Source: Candidatus Latescibacterota bacterium (GTDB taxonomy: Bacteria > Latescibacterota > UBA2968). Taken from it: a stretch of DNA of 64,000 nt. The position numbers were made by a program, and so were the translations under genes. Below, piece after piece: positions 54,806 to 64,000 of the stretch (position 1 is its first letter; each line of letters starts with the position of its first letter). The notes under the pieces were generated by a model. The model saw only the letters and a list, made by a program, of their open reading frames with translations. It was not told where the DNA came from and did no database searches. The stretch is from positions 2,304,001 to 2,368,000 of the forward strand of contig OZ242320.1 in the NCBI GenBank assembly GCA_965208125.1, read 5' to 3'.

Positions 54806-56587
54806 ATGACTCCGTCAGTATTCATTTCATATTCTTGGGACGATGATACTCACAAGGAGTGGGTCAGAAAGCTTGCTAAGCGGCTTCGCCAAGATGGTGT
54901 TGACGTTATTCTTGACAGGTGGGCAACAGCACCTGGAGATCAGCTATCTACCTTCATGGAGAAGGCTATTCGTGAAAACCAGTTCGTCCTCATTATCTGT
55001 ACACCTCGTTACAAGAGCCGATCAGATGAGCGTGAAGGCGGCGTAGGCTACGAGGGCGACATTATGACTGCAGAAGCGATGACTGAGCAGAACGACCGTA
55101 AGTTTATTCCGGTCTTACGAAGGGGCACATGGAATGAGGCTGCACCTTCTTGGCTACGCGGAAAAATTTATATTGATCTTTCCGCTGACCCCTACTCCGA
55201 GCAAAATTATAAAGACCTTGTTAGCACATTGCTGAGAAAACGAGAGACTCCACCACCCATTGGCAGGGAAAGAGTAACGATATCTGAATCAAATAAGTCT
55301 GATTCCAAACAACTTGATAAGATTAAGCAGCCCAAGATAGCTACTTTAGTTGTTTTCCTAATTTTTTGCATTGCTGTAGTAGGCTACATAGGCTTCGAAA
55401 AATTCTGGAAAAATGAATATGCACAAGATGCTGAGCACCTCGTTGAGGAGATTAAAAAGAACCCCGATGAATCCGCTGTGCATCTTGAGTTTACCATAAC
55501 CAGAACCGTGACCGCTAAAATTGTCGTCGATAACCTTAAAGAAGTAGAGCAGACAGTCGCGAACATCCGTGAAAATCCCAGGGCATTGCTGATAGAAAAG
55601 ACAATTACTCAGGCCGTTTCTCTCCAGCAGCAGGGTAAGAAAGACGAGGCAATCGAGAAATGGCGTGACGTTGTCAAAACAGAAGGGATCGATAATGCTC
55701 AAGCCGCGAGAGCGTGGTTCTCCGTCGGTTATTTGATCCAAGATGAAAACCCGGAAAAGGGTATCTCGGCCTATAACCAAGCAATCTCTCTGAACCCAGA
55801 CTACGCCGAAGCCTACAACAACCGGGGCGTTGCGAAGGACGAATTAGGGCAACATGATGAGGCTATCACTGACTATAATGACGCCATTCGGTTGAAATCA
55901 AACTACGCCGAAGCCTACAACAACCGGGGTGCCGCGAAGGCCGAATTGGGACAACATGATGGTGCTATTGCAGACTATGAAGAAGCGATTCGCCTGAAAC
56001 CGGACTACGCTGAAGCATACTACAATAGGGGGAATCAGAAGGCCGAATTGGGGCAACGTGATGATGCTATTGCTGACTATAATGAGGCAATTCGTTTGAA
56101 ACGAGACTACGCCAACGCATACTACAACCGTGGTAATGCGAAGTTTTTATTGGATCGTCACGAAGAGGCTATCGCTGACTATGACGAAGCGATCCGTCTG
56201 AAACGAGACTACGCCGAAGCCTACAACAACCGGGGTGCCGCGAAGTTTTTATTGGATCGTCACGAAGAGGCTATCGCTGACTATAATGACGCCATTCGTG
56301 TGAAGCCCAACTCTGCCGACGCATACTACAACCGGGGGAAAACGAAGGCCGCACTGGGGCAATATGACGAGGCTATCGCTGATTATGACGAAGCGATCCG
56401 TTTGAAACGAGACTACGCCGAAGCCTACAACAACCGGGGTGTTGAGAAGGTCGAGTTGGGTCTAATAGACGAAGCGCGACAGGATTTCGAGAAGGCACGA
56501 GATTTAGCTCGAGATGCCGGTAATGACCGCCTCGCAGACTTGGCTGAGCAACTTTTGCGAGCTTTCGATAGCCAAAAAGATGAATGA
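54806..56587 (+). CDS. TIR/SEFIR - TM - TPR (about 8 repeats) protein
   Basis: VFISYSWD...DGVDVILD.W...GGVGYE; TM IATLVVFLIFCIAVVGYIGF; 34-aa AYNNRG repeats. Confidence 0.9.
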   Translation: MTPSVFISYSWDDDTHKEWVRKLAKRLRQDGVDVILDRWATAPGDQLSTFMEKAIRENQFVLIICTPRYKSRSDEREGGVGYEGDIMTAEAMTEQNDRKFIPVLRRGTWNEAAPSWLRGKIYIDLSADPYSEQNYKDLVSTLLRKRETPPPIGRERVTISESNKSDSKQLDKIKQPKIATLVVFLIFCIAVVGYIGFEKFWKNEYAQDAEHLVEEIKKNPDESAVHLEFTITRTVTAKIVVDNLKEVEQTVANIRENPRALLIEKTITQAVSLQQQGKKDEAIEKWRDVVKTEGIDNAQAARAWFSVGYLIQDENPEKGISAYNQAISLNPDYAEAYNNRGVAKDELGQHDEAITDYNDAIRLKSNYAEAYNNRGAAKAELGQHDGAIADYEEAIRLKPDYAEAYYNRGNQKAELGQRDDAIADYNEAIRLKRDYANAYYNRGNAKFLLDRHEEAIADYDEAIRLKRDYAEAYNNRGAAKFLLDRHEEAIADYNDAIRVKPNSADAYYNRGKTKAALGQYDEAIADYDEAIRLKRDYAEAYNNRGVEKVELGLIDEARQDFEKARDLARDAGNDRLADLAEQLLRAFDSQKDE

Positions 56588-56627
56588 ATCCCTGGATTGA
56601 CTGAAGCCGATAAGGTGGATTGATGTT

Positions 56628-57020
56628 ATGAACGCCGACAATCTCTGCGCTACTATTGGCAAAACGCTACCGTCGTATTTCGAATGTTCACTGGCTCCAC
56701 AAGAAGGAGTGCGGGTGCGAACACCGCTAATGTATCCCGATGGCAGCATAGTGGATGTGTTCGTTTTGGAGCGCGGCAACGGCTATATTGTCACAGATTT
56801 CGGCGATGCTATGGGTTGGCTTCGTATGCAATCGGTAAATACTCAGCCGTCGCCACAACAAAATTTGGTGATCAAAGAGATATGCCAAACTCTCGGTATA
56901 GACTTGCATAGTGGCCAGTTAGTGCTCAGGCCTGATGTAAATGATACGCTGGAGGAAACAGTGCTTCGCGTAGCGCAGGCGGTCGTGCGCGTATCTGATG
57001 TTGTTCACAGCAAGGTCTGA
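56628..57020 (+). CDS. DUF1828-like protein (single domain)
   Basis: VRTPLMYPDGSIVDVF, VTDFGD, LRVAQA. Confidence 0.7.
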   Translation: MNADNLCATIGKTLPSYFECSLAPQEGVRVRTPLMYPDGSIVDVFVLERGNGYIVTDFGDAMGWLRMQSVNTQPSPQQNLVIKEICQTLGIDLHSGQLVLRPDVNDTLEETVLRVAQAVVRVSDVVHSKV

Positions 57021-57151
57021 CAAGCCGCGAACCCGCACAGAAAATCCTAATGACCACTCTCACTGAATTTGACAAGTTTGCGCTTAACATTTCCTGTACC
57101 TGCACCTAATTATTAGGAACGAACCTGCGAATTAGAGAGGTTAAGATAAAC

Positions 57152-59035
57152 ATGGCAGATAATAGCGAGAAGATTTGTTTTGTAATTGCGCCCATCGGCG
57201 AACCGGGGTCTGATACCCGCACACGATCCGACCAGGTTTTAAAACATATTATTCGTCCGGCAGTAGGGTCTTGTGGCTACAAAGCTGTTCGTGCCGACGA
57301 AATCGCCGAGCCAGGTATAATTACTAATCAGATAATTCGACATGTTGTAGATGATCCTTTAGTCATAGCCGATTTAACAGGACAGAACCCCAACGTTTTT
57401 TATGAATTAGCCATTCGGCATGCCGTCCGTAAGCCGCTCGTCCAGATCATTGACAAAGTCGAGGCTATTCCTTTTGATGTCAGGTCAATGAGAACAATAG
57501 GGGTTGATCACCGAGACCTCGATAGCGTTGAAGAAGCCAAAGCCGAAATTAAAAAACAAATTCAATTCTTTGAAAAAAGTTCATCAAATTTGGAGACTCC
57601 TATTTCGGTAGCACTCGAGGGTAAATCTATTGATAAGATTAATCGGCGTATGAACGCCGAAACAGTTGCCGATAAACCTGAAGAAGTGGGGAAGATCGTT
57701 ACCAACGAGGGTGAAAAATACACAGTATCGCCGATAGATAAAGCAATTTCCCAGGCCGTTTTTCTCGATCAGCAAGGGAAGAGAGACCAAGCAATCGAGA
57801 AATGGCGTGCTGTTGCCCTGGTCGCGGAAGAAAGCGACGGTGACCTCGCTGCCAAAGCCTGGTATTCTGTTAGCTATCTGTCTTGGGATGAAAATACGGA
57901 AGATAGCTTATTGGCCAGCGACGAAGTGATCCGTTTGGAGCCAGACTTCGCCGAGGCATATAACATCCGGGGAAATGCGAAGGCCGTACTAAACCGGAAC
58001 GAAGATGCCATTGCTGACTATGATGAAGCGATCCGTTTGAAATCAGACTACGCCAATGCATACTATAACCGGGGGACTGCGAAGGACGACTTAGGCCATC
58101 ATGAGGATGCCATTGCCGATTTTGACGAAGCGATCCGTTTGAAACCAGACTTCTTCCTGGCATACAACAACAGAGGGAATGCGAAGGCCGTACTGAATCG
58201 GAACAAAGATGCCATCTTTGACTATGATGAAACGATCCGCCTGAAACCAAACTTCGCCGAGGCATACGCCAATCGGGGGAATATTAAAGCCGACCAGGAT
58301 CGTTACGAAGATGCCATCGCTGACTATGACAAGGCAATTGGTCTGAAGCCAAACTTGTCTGGATTTTACAATAGCCGAGGTATTGCGAAGGCTGAATGGG
58401 GTCATTATGATGATGCCATCGCTGATTGTGATGAGGCGATCCAGTTGCAACCAGACGATGCCGAAGCATATTACAACCGGGGGAATGTGAAGGCCGACCA
58501 GGGACGTTACGCCGAGGCCACTGCTGACTATGATAAAGCGATTAGCTTGAAACCAGACTACGCTGACGCTTACTGTAATCGAGGGGATGCGAAGGCGGAA
58601 CAGAATCGCTACGAAGATGCCATCGCTGACTATGATGAGGCGATTCGATTGCAACCGGATGATGCGGACGCTTACTGCAATCGGGGGGATACAAAGGCCG
58701 ATCTGGGTTGTTACGAAGACGCCATCACTGACTATGATGAGGCGATCCGTTTGGAACCAGACGATGCGGACGCTTACTGCAATCGGGGTACTGCGAAGGA
58801 CAGATTAAGCCAGCATGAGGACGCTATAGCTGATTATGATGAGGCGATTCGGTTGAAACCAGATTTTGCTGAAGCATATTACAACCGGGGGAATGCGAAG
58901 GCGAAATTGGGACGAAATGACGGGACACGGAAGGACTTAGAGACTGCGCTTGAACTGGCGCAGAATGCCAACGATACGGACTTAATGGACGAGGTGAAGC
59001 AATTACTTCGTGATCTCGACGCCGATGACACATGA
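57152..59035 (+). CDS. Nucleoside 2-deoxyribosyltransferase-like domain plus TPR (about 11 repeats) protein
   Basis: CFVIAPIG, RADEI..PG.IT, VIADLTGQNPNVFYELAIRHA, IPFD; TPR array paralogous to 54806. Confidence 0.85.
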   Translation: MADNSEKICFVIAPIGEPGSDTRTRSDQVLKHIIRPAVGSCGYKAVRADEIAEPGIITNQIIRHVVDDPLVIADLTGQNPNVFYELAIRHAVRKPLVQIIDKVEAIPFDVRSMRTIGVDHRDLDSVEEAKAEIKKQIQFFEKSSSNLETPISVALEGKSIDKINRRMNAETVADKPEEVGKIVTNEGEKYTVSPIDKAISQAVFLDQQGKRDQAIEKWRAVALVAEESDGDLAAKAWYSVSYLSWDENTEDSLLASDEVIRLEPDFAEAYNIRGNAKAVLNRNEDAIADYDEAIRLKSDYANAYYNRGTAKDDLGHHEDAIADFDEAIRLKPDFFLAYNNRGNAKAVLNRNKDAIFDYDETIRLKPNFAEAYANRGNIKADQDRYEDAIADYDKAIGLKPNLSGFYNSRGIAKAEWGHYDDAIADCDEAIQLQPDDAEAYYNRGNVKADQGRYAEATADYDKAISLKPDYADAYCNRGDAKAEQNRYEDAIADYDEAIRLQPDDADAYCNRGDTKADLGCYEDAITDYDEAIRLEPDDADAYCNRGTAKDRLSQHEDAIADYDEAIRLKPDFAEAYYNRGNAKAKLGRNDGTRKDLETALELAQNANDTDLMDEVKQLLRDLDADDT

Positions 59036-59052
59036 TTCCCTGGGAAATCACG

Positions 59053-59949
59053 TCATGCATCTAACACGCGCTGGAATGCTTCGAGATTGGGCACCTGTAT
59101 CGCCGCGCGGTGCAACTGCTTGAGGTGTTGCAAATCTTCGATGGCGGCAATGCGAGCAGTTAGGGGGTGTGTTTCGGGCATATCAAATCGGATCTCCAAT
59201 ACATCGAGAAGATCTTCAATGGCGCGTTGCCTGCCTCCTTGCTCAAAACTTTCCTCTCTGCTTTGTTGGGTAAGGGATTGAAAAAGAGATGATTCGCGGA
59301 TGAGATCCATGATGCCCTCCTTGAAAATGATAGCAGAAATCGTTTCAGAATCATATACCAACTCGCTCAAGGCCACCATCCCAGCCAGATAATCGGCTTT
59401 GGGCGACCGAGCTATGGGGTGCGTCCGAGCCGTGTGAATACACTGATGCAACCACGCATCCGAGGCCATCCCTTCAGGTGGCTTCATCAATGGCGTGAAA
59501 GGTATCAGACCCGAATGCCCCGTATCCAAGATGCGTTGGCCTTCTATTTCGATCAGTCTGATCACGCGATACTGAATCGCGATTTGGTAGCCGGGAAGTT
59601 CCTGGACGTAATATCCCAGATCGTTCTGTCCCGCATTGGGACGCAGGTAAATGACATTGGAATAGATCGGCAGACCATGATGCTCAATGGCGTGTCCGAT
59701 ATAGCCAGCCATGCGACGCTCCATAGGCGGATTGGTGCTGTCGGTGGTTTGAAACTCGTTGTGGACTAATGCTTCCTCACCATCAATACGCACGCGAATG
59801 AAGCTGTCGCTACGGCGTGCTCTGACCGTGGGTTGCTCTGTTTCGATGACTTCAATGACCTCGACGTCGTCGCGCGCGAGGGCGAAGCGGGTGAAGTGGT
59901 CGGGATAGTGTTGAATGAGGTATTTGGATATGGTGTCAATGTCTGCCAT
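59053..59949 (-). CDS. Rpn-like PD-(D/E)XK nuclease family protein
   Basis: RSDSF, HNEFQT, M.RRM..Y, VIYL, YRVIRL, LIPFTPLM, IRESSLFQ, helical tail; GAGG before ATG 59949. Confidence 0.8.
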   Translation of the reverse strand: MADIDTISKYLIQHYPDHFTRFALARDDVEVIEVIETEQPTVRARRSDSFIRVRIDGEEALVHNEFQTTDSTNPPMERRMAGYIGHAIEHHGLPIYSNVIYLRPNAGQNDLGYYVQELPGYQIAIQYRVIRLIEIEGQRILDTGHSGLIPFTPLMKPPEGMASDAWLHQCIHTARTHPIARSPKADYLAGMVALSELVYDSETISAIIFKEGIMDLIRESSLFQSLTQQSREESFEQGGRQRAIEDLLDVLEIRFDMPETHPLTARIAAIEDLQHLKQLHRAAIQVPNLEAFQRVLDA

Positions 59950-60449
59950 GTGAGATGCCTCGCGTCTGATGGGGTGAGTGCGTGGGACACACGCAACAGT
60001 CAGACACAAAGCAAATGGCAGGCCAAAAAATGGTAATCCTCCAGAAATTGAGCGATAATTTGTATTGGCGGACGCCTGAACACCATATTGTGCTTTAAAT
60101 ATGCTGTATTGCACACTTGTTCACAACCTGAATTTCAGGTTCGCCTGTTGAAGTGGGAGCGGCACAGAATAATTTTGGATGCGAAAGAGTAAAATTTGAG
60201 CGACGAATGGGCAGTTATGTGAAAGATATGTACCGCTTTTCCTGTGGCTACCGCGATGGTTCTTGTGTAATGTCAGTGATTTATCCACGGTTTAGACTGG
60301 TCGTGCCACAGTGAATGTCTATAGCCATTCCGACCTTGCACGAAAGGCCAATATAGTCTATTATTGTACCAATTTTTTATTAGGATAGAAGTGGTCTGAG
60401 GCTGGGCGAATAGTCTCGCTGGGAATGGACTATCACAATAGAGAGAAAT

Positions 60450-60641
60450 ATGCAAGTTGAGCGTAAAACGCCAGATTTGGAAGCGATATTGGAAGTATTC
60501 CGAGAACTGGGATTAGAGGATGCCAGGGTAAGAGACGAGTTTAAGCAATTGGCCGAGTTAGGCGATTGGCATACGTGGAGAAAAGGGCGTCTCGAACCAC
60601 AGGATACTCAAAATAATACTGAATCGGGGCTTTTCACATGA
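60450..60641 (+). CDS. Small hypothetical protein coupled to the DUF1828 gene
   Basis: 63-aa ORF with ATGA overlap. Confidence 0.5.
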   Translation: MQVERKTPDLEAILEVFRELGLEDARVRDEFKQLAELGDWHTWRKGRLEPQDTQNNTESGLFT

Positions 60642-61036
60642 TTAAAGACATCCAGAATCTGATCAATGACTATCATATTTGGCTTAAGGACAAGACGGTA
60701 CTGAACCAGATTGATCAGTGGATCGTAATTACAACGCCCTATCTTGATCGCCACAACGACTATTTGCAGATTTATGTCAAGAAGACCAACGGGGGATTCT
60801 TGTTGACGGATGATGGATACATTATAGATGACCTGAAGCAAAGCGGCTACAAACTCGACAGCCAGAAGAACCAGGAACTTCTCCAGATGACGCTCAGTGG
60901 TTTTGGTGTAAAGAAGGATGGCAATGAGTTGCAGGTCCATGCTTCGGCGGAGAGTTTTGCTTCATGTAAACACAATCTCGTACAGGCGATGCTTGCCGTT
61001 AATGATATGTTCTATCTGGCAATAGAAACCTCCTGA
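60638..61036 (+). CDS. DUF1828 protein, N-terminal half only
   Basis: [22 protein letters not shown]...[21 protein letters not shown]; stops where DUF1829 would normally begin. Confidence 0.82.
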   Translation: MIKDIQNLINDYHIWLKDKTVLNQIDQWIVITTPYLDRHNDYLQIYVKKTNGGFLLTDDGYIIDDLKQSGYKLDSQKNQELLQMTLSGFGVKKDGNELQVHASAESFASCKHNLVQAMLAVNDMFYLAIETS

Positions 61037-61150
61037 TCCCTTTCACTTAATCCACCATTTAAGACACCACGCCTAACAGAAATTCCACCACCAGTGCCTT
61101 CCAGATGCCGATTGGTCAGGCCACAGTGAGTTTTTATGATAGTGGTGGTC

Positions 61151-61185
61151 TTGCAATATAGACTAATATGGTCTATATTAGTCTA
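61151..61185 (+). promoter_or_regulatory. sigma70 promoter overlapped by TA operator palindrome
   Basis: TTGCAA-17 bp-TATATT; TAGACTAATAT-N5-ATATTAGTCTA perfect inverted repeat at 61159-61185. Confidence 0.8.
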
Positions 61186-61207
61186 ACTTTTTTATGGAGG
61201 CTTGATC

Positions 61208-61486
61208 ATGGGGCGTTCCAAATCCCGACAGACCTGGACCGTTGCAGAAGCTAAGGCTCGCCTTTCCGAGATCTTGCGCCTTGCTGAACAAGAAGGGCCG
61301 CAGCATATCGGCACAAGGAAGTCATTTGTCGTCGTACCCGCCGACGCTTGGTACGCGAAAACGCCACCTCGCAAACCTATGGGGCAGTGGTTGGTTGACA
61401 ACATGCCGCGCGGGATTAATCTTGAAATCCCAAGTCGTCATGAACCTGAACGCGAGATTCCATTTATTTCTGAAGAAGACAAATGA
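61208..61486 (+). CDS. Phd/YefM-family antitoxin
   Basis: WTVAEAKARLSEILR.A..EGPQ.I; GGAGG SD; ATGA overlap with the toxin gene. Confidence 0.88.
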   Translation: MGRSKSRQTWTVAEAKARLSEILRLAEQEGPQHIGTRKSFVVVPADAWYAKTPPRKPMGQWLVDNMPRGINLEIPSRHEPEREIPFISEEDK

Positions 61487-61902
61487 ACGGTTTTCTCCTC
61501 GACACAAACGTAGTCTCAGAGTTAACAAAGAATGTGCCGAATTCGCAGGTCATTACGTTCCTGGCCGCTCAAAATGATCTGTGGTTGTCGATTATCGTGC
61601 TGCATGAACTGGATTTTGGCTTGAATTTGCTTCCTTTGGGGCGTCGTCGAGACCGTATAAGTGCTGCTTTAGCGGCATTCGTCACGGAGTACGAGGACCG
61701 AATTCTGCCAGTAGATCGTCCAGAAGCTGAACAGGCAGCCTCCCTGAGGGCGCAAGCTCGTCGTTCTGGTCGTGTCCTGCATTTGGGCGATGCGCTAATC
61801 GCTGGTACAGCCAAAACACATAACCTCGCAGTTGCGACGAGAAACGTGGCGGATTTCGATGGCTTAGACGTGGATGTTACCAATCCCTGGGAGGCGACGT
61901 GA
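61483..61902 (+). CDS. vapC: VapC PIN-domain toxin
   Basis: [34 protein letters not shown]. Confidence 0.93.
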   Translation: MNGFLLDTNVVSELTKNVPNSQVITFLAAQNDLWLSIIVLHELDFGLNLLPLGRRRDRISAALAAFVTEYEDRILPVDRPEAEQAASLRAQARRSGRVLHLGDALIAGTAKTHNLAVATRNVADFDGLDVDVTNPWEAT

Positions 61903-64000
61903 CAGGCGTCACTGAAGCTACTGTAGAAGATGCCGCGCTTGCTTATTTGGGGGACCTCGGCTGGGGCGTTGTCCATGGTCCCGATATTGCTCCTGATACG
62001 CCGGGGGCAGAGCGAGCGGATTATGGAGATGTGGTTCTGGGGCAGCGGTTGCAGGATGCGCTTGTGCGACTCAATTCTGATCTTCCCGCGGGCGCGTTGG
62101 ATGATGCTTTTCGCAAGTTGACCCGGCTTGAGGGTACATCGCTGGCGTTTCGCAATCGCGCTTTTCATCGTTTGATGGTGGATGGTGTTACGGTGGAGTA
62201 CCGGGATGCGGGTGGGGGTGTGCGTGGGGCGCAGGTGAAGGTTATTGATTTTGACGTTCCCTCCAATAACGACTGGCTCGCGGTCAATCAATTTACGGTT
62301 ACTGAGAATAAGAATACCCGACGTCCGGATGTTGTGCTGTTCGTGAATGGTCTGCCTCTGGGGATCATTGAACTCAAGAATCCGGTGGATGAGGATGCGA
62401 CGATATGGACGGCGTGGCAGCAGCTTCAGACGTATAAGGCGGAGTTGCCGTCTCTGTTTGCGATGAATGCGGCTTTGATGGTTTCGGATGGGATGGAGGC
62501 GCGGGTTGGTACGTTGACTGCCGGGCGCGAGTGGTTTAAGCCCTGGCGTACGATTTCAGGTGAAGGTCTGGCTGATTCCAATATGCCCGAATTGCAGGTG
62601 ATGCTCGAAGGCGTCTGCGATGTCGGGCGTTTTCTTTCGCTGGTGCGCGATTTTGTTGTTTTTGAGGATGATGGCAGTGGTGTGCTGGCGAAGAAGATGG
62701 CTGGTTATCACCAGTTCCACGCGGTGCGGGTGGCTGTGGGTGAGACGCGGCGTGCTGTGGAGTTGCAGCACGTTGGGGGCGCTGAAGGTGGTGGCCGCTA
62801 CGAGTCGGGCCAGCCGGGAGGTGCGCCGGGTGATCAGCGCATTGGGGTGGTGTGGCATACGCAGGGGTCGGGTAAGAGTTTGACGATGGCTTTTTATGCG
62901 GGGGCTATTGTTCGGGATCCGGTGATGGAAAATCCGACGATTGTGGTTTTGACGGATCGCAACGATCTGGATGATCAGCTTTTTGGCACGTTTTCTCGTT
63001 GTCGGGATTTGTTGCGTCAAGCGCCAACACAGGCGAGCAACCGCGCTGATTTGCGTCGCAAACTGTCTGTGGCGTCCGGGGGCGTGGTGTTTACGACTAT
63101 TCAGAAGTTTTTCCCGGAGGAGAAGGGCGATACCCATCCGATGCTTTCGGCACGGCGCAATATTGTGGTTATCGCCGATGAGGCGCATCGGAGTCAGTAC
63201 GATTTTATCGATGGGTTTGCGAGGCATATGCGCGATGCTCTGCCCAATGCTTCTTTTGTCGGTTTTACCGGGACACCTATTGAGTTGCAGGATGCGAATA
63301 CCCGCGCTGTGTTTGGCAATTATATCAGTATTTATGACATCCAGCGTTCTGTAGAGGATGGCGCAACGGTGCCGATTTATTACGAGAGTCGTCTTGCCAG
63401 GCTGTCATTGGACGAGCAAGAGAAACCGACGGTTGATCCGGAATTTGAGGAGGCCACAGAGGGTGAGGAGGTCGAGCGGAAGGAGAAGCTCAAGACCAGG
63501 TGGGCGCAATTAGAGGCGATTGTCGGGACGGAAAAACGGTTGAGGCTTCTTGCCGAGGATATGGTTGCCCATTTTGAGGAACGTCTTGAGGTGATGGATG
63601 GCAAGGCGATGGTTGTTTGTATGAGCCGCCGGATATGTATTGATCTTTATCGGGAACTTGTGCGCTTGCGTCCGCATTGGCATGATGAAGATGATGATGG
63701 GGGAAAGATCAAAGTTGTGATGACGGGTTCTGCATCTGATCCGGGTGACTGGCAGCCGCATATTCGCAATAAGCCGCGGCGCGAGGCTCTGGCGCAGCGG
63801 TTCCGCGATGCGTCCGATCCGCTGAATATTGTGCTGGTGCGCGATATGTGGTTGACGGGGTTTGATGCGCCCAGTTTGCATACGATGTACGTCGATAAGC
63901 CGATGCGCGGGCACGGGTTGATGCAGGCTATTGCGCGTGTCAACCGGGTGTTTAAGGATAAGCCGGGTGGTCTGGTGGTTGATTATCTGGGGCTTGCCCA
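61899..64000 (+). CDS. hsdR: Type I RM restriction subunit, truncated by window end (absent from ORF track)
   Basis: GTG start [14 protein letters not shown]; [51 protein letters not shown]. Confidence 0.95.
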   Translation, partial: MTGVTEATVEDAALAYLGDLGWGVVHGPDIAPDTPGAERADYGDVVLGQRLQDALVRLNSDLPAGALDDAFRKLTRLEGTSLAFRNRAFHRLMVDGVTVEYRDAGGGVRGAQVKVIDFDVPSNNDWLAVNQFTVTENKNTRRPDVVLFVNGLPLGIIELKNPVDEDATIWTAWQQLQTYKAELPSLFAMNAALMVSDGMEARVGTLTAGREWFKPWRTISGEGLADSNMPELQVMLEGVCDVGRFLSLVRDFVVFEDDGSGVLAKKMAGYHQFHAVRVAVGETRRAVELQHVGGAEGGGRYESGQPGGAPGDQRIGVVWHTQGSGKSLTMAFYAGAIVRDPVMENPTIVVLTDRNDLDDQLFGTFSRCRDLLRQAPTQASNRADLRRKLSVASGGVVFTTIQKFFPEEKGDTHPMLSARRNIVVIADEAHRSQYDFIDGFARHMRDALPNASFVGFTGTPIELQDANTRAVFGNYISIYDIQRSVEDGATVPIYYESRLARLSLDEQEKPTVDPEFEEATEGEEVERKEKLKTRWAQLEAIVGTEKRLRLLAEDMVAHFEERLEVMDGKAMVVCMSRRICIDLYRELVRLRPHWHDEDDDGGKIKVVMTGSASDPGDWQPHIRNKPRREALAQRFRDASDPLNIVLVRDMWLTGFDAPSLHTMYVDKPMRGHGLMQAIARVNRVFKDKPGGLVVDYLGLA

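Noticed and set aside
55790-58900. 102-bp periodic repeats
   Set aside because: TPR coding repeats, not CRISPR
54806-59035. Calling the TIR gene Thoeris, CBASS or Avs
   Set aside because: No ThsA SIR2/macro partner, cyclase or STAND NTPase in the window
60120-60449. Possible gene remnant upstream of the 63-aa ORF
   Set aside because: No recognisable coding frame or protein motif; only a weak higB-like scar
49715-61902. Integron cassette array or prophage
   Set aside because: No integrase, no convincing attC structures and no phage structural genes

Overview
Bacterial chromosomal window with no rRNA, tRNA or CRISPR array. Many sulfatases and PhyH dioxygenases, TPR proteins and a C-terminal EF-hand/dockerin-like tag suggest a marine or sponge-associated Latescibacterota/Poribacteria-like organism (inference). 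Four blocks: (1) 1-10.5 kb core metabolism (two sulfatases, TrmH-family methyltransferase, gpmI, acnA). (2) 10.6-31.6 kb accessory module: a 4332-aa Ig-repeat autotransporter adhesin, a sigma54 activator and two paralogous REC-PAS histidine kinases. The adhesin and the kinase operon have near-identical sigma54 promoters with matching IHF-like sites and enhancer boxes. (3) 31.8-49.5 kb metabolic genes, including a tandem QueF pair (one copy lacks the catalytic Cys/Asp), four PhyH-like enzymes with H-x-G/A/N instead of HxD, a heme c/Cu-monooxygenase-like gene and uxaC. (4) 49.7-64 kb type I restriction-modification locus (hsdM, hsdS, partial hsdR) loaded with cargo: AlbA_2 protein, HigBA plus a second higA, TIR-TM-TPR and NDT-like-TPR paralogues, two DUF1828 half-proteins, an Rpn-like nuclease and Phd-VapC. 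Short scars of gene starts and ends there record duplication-deletion turnover. GTAG- and CGTC-type REP palindromes occur throughout and supply the stop codons of four genes.
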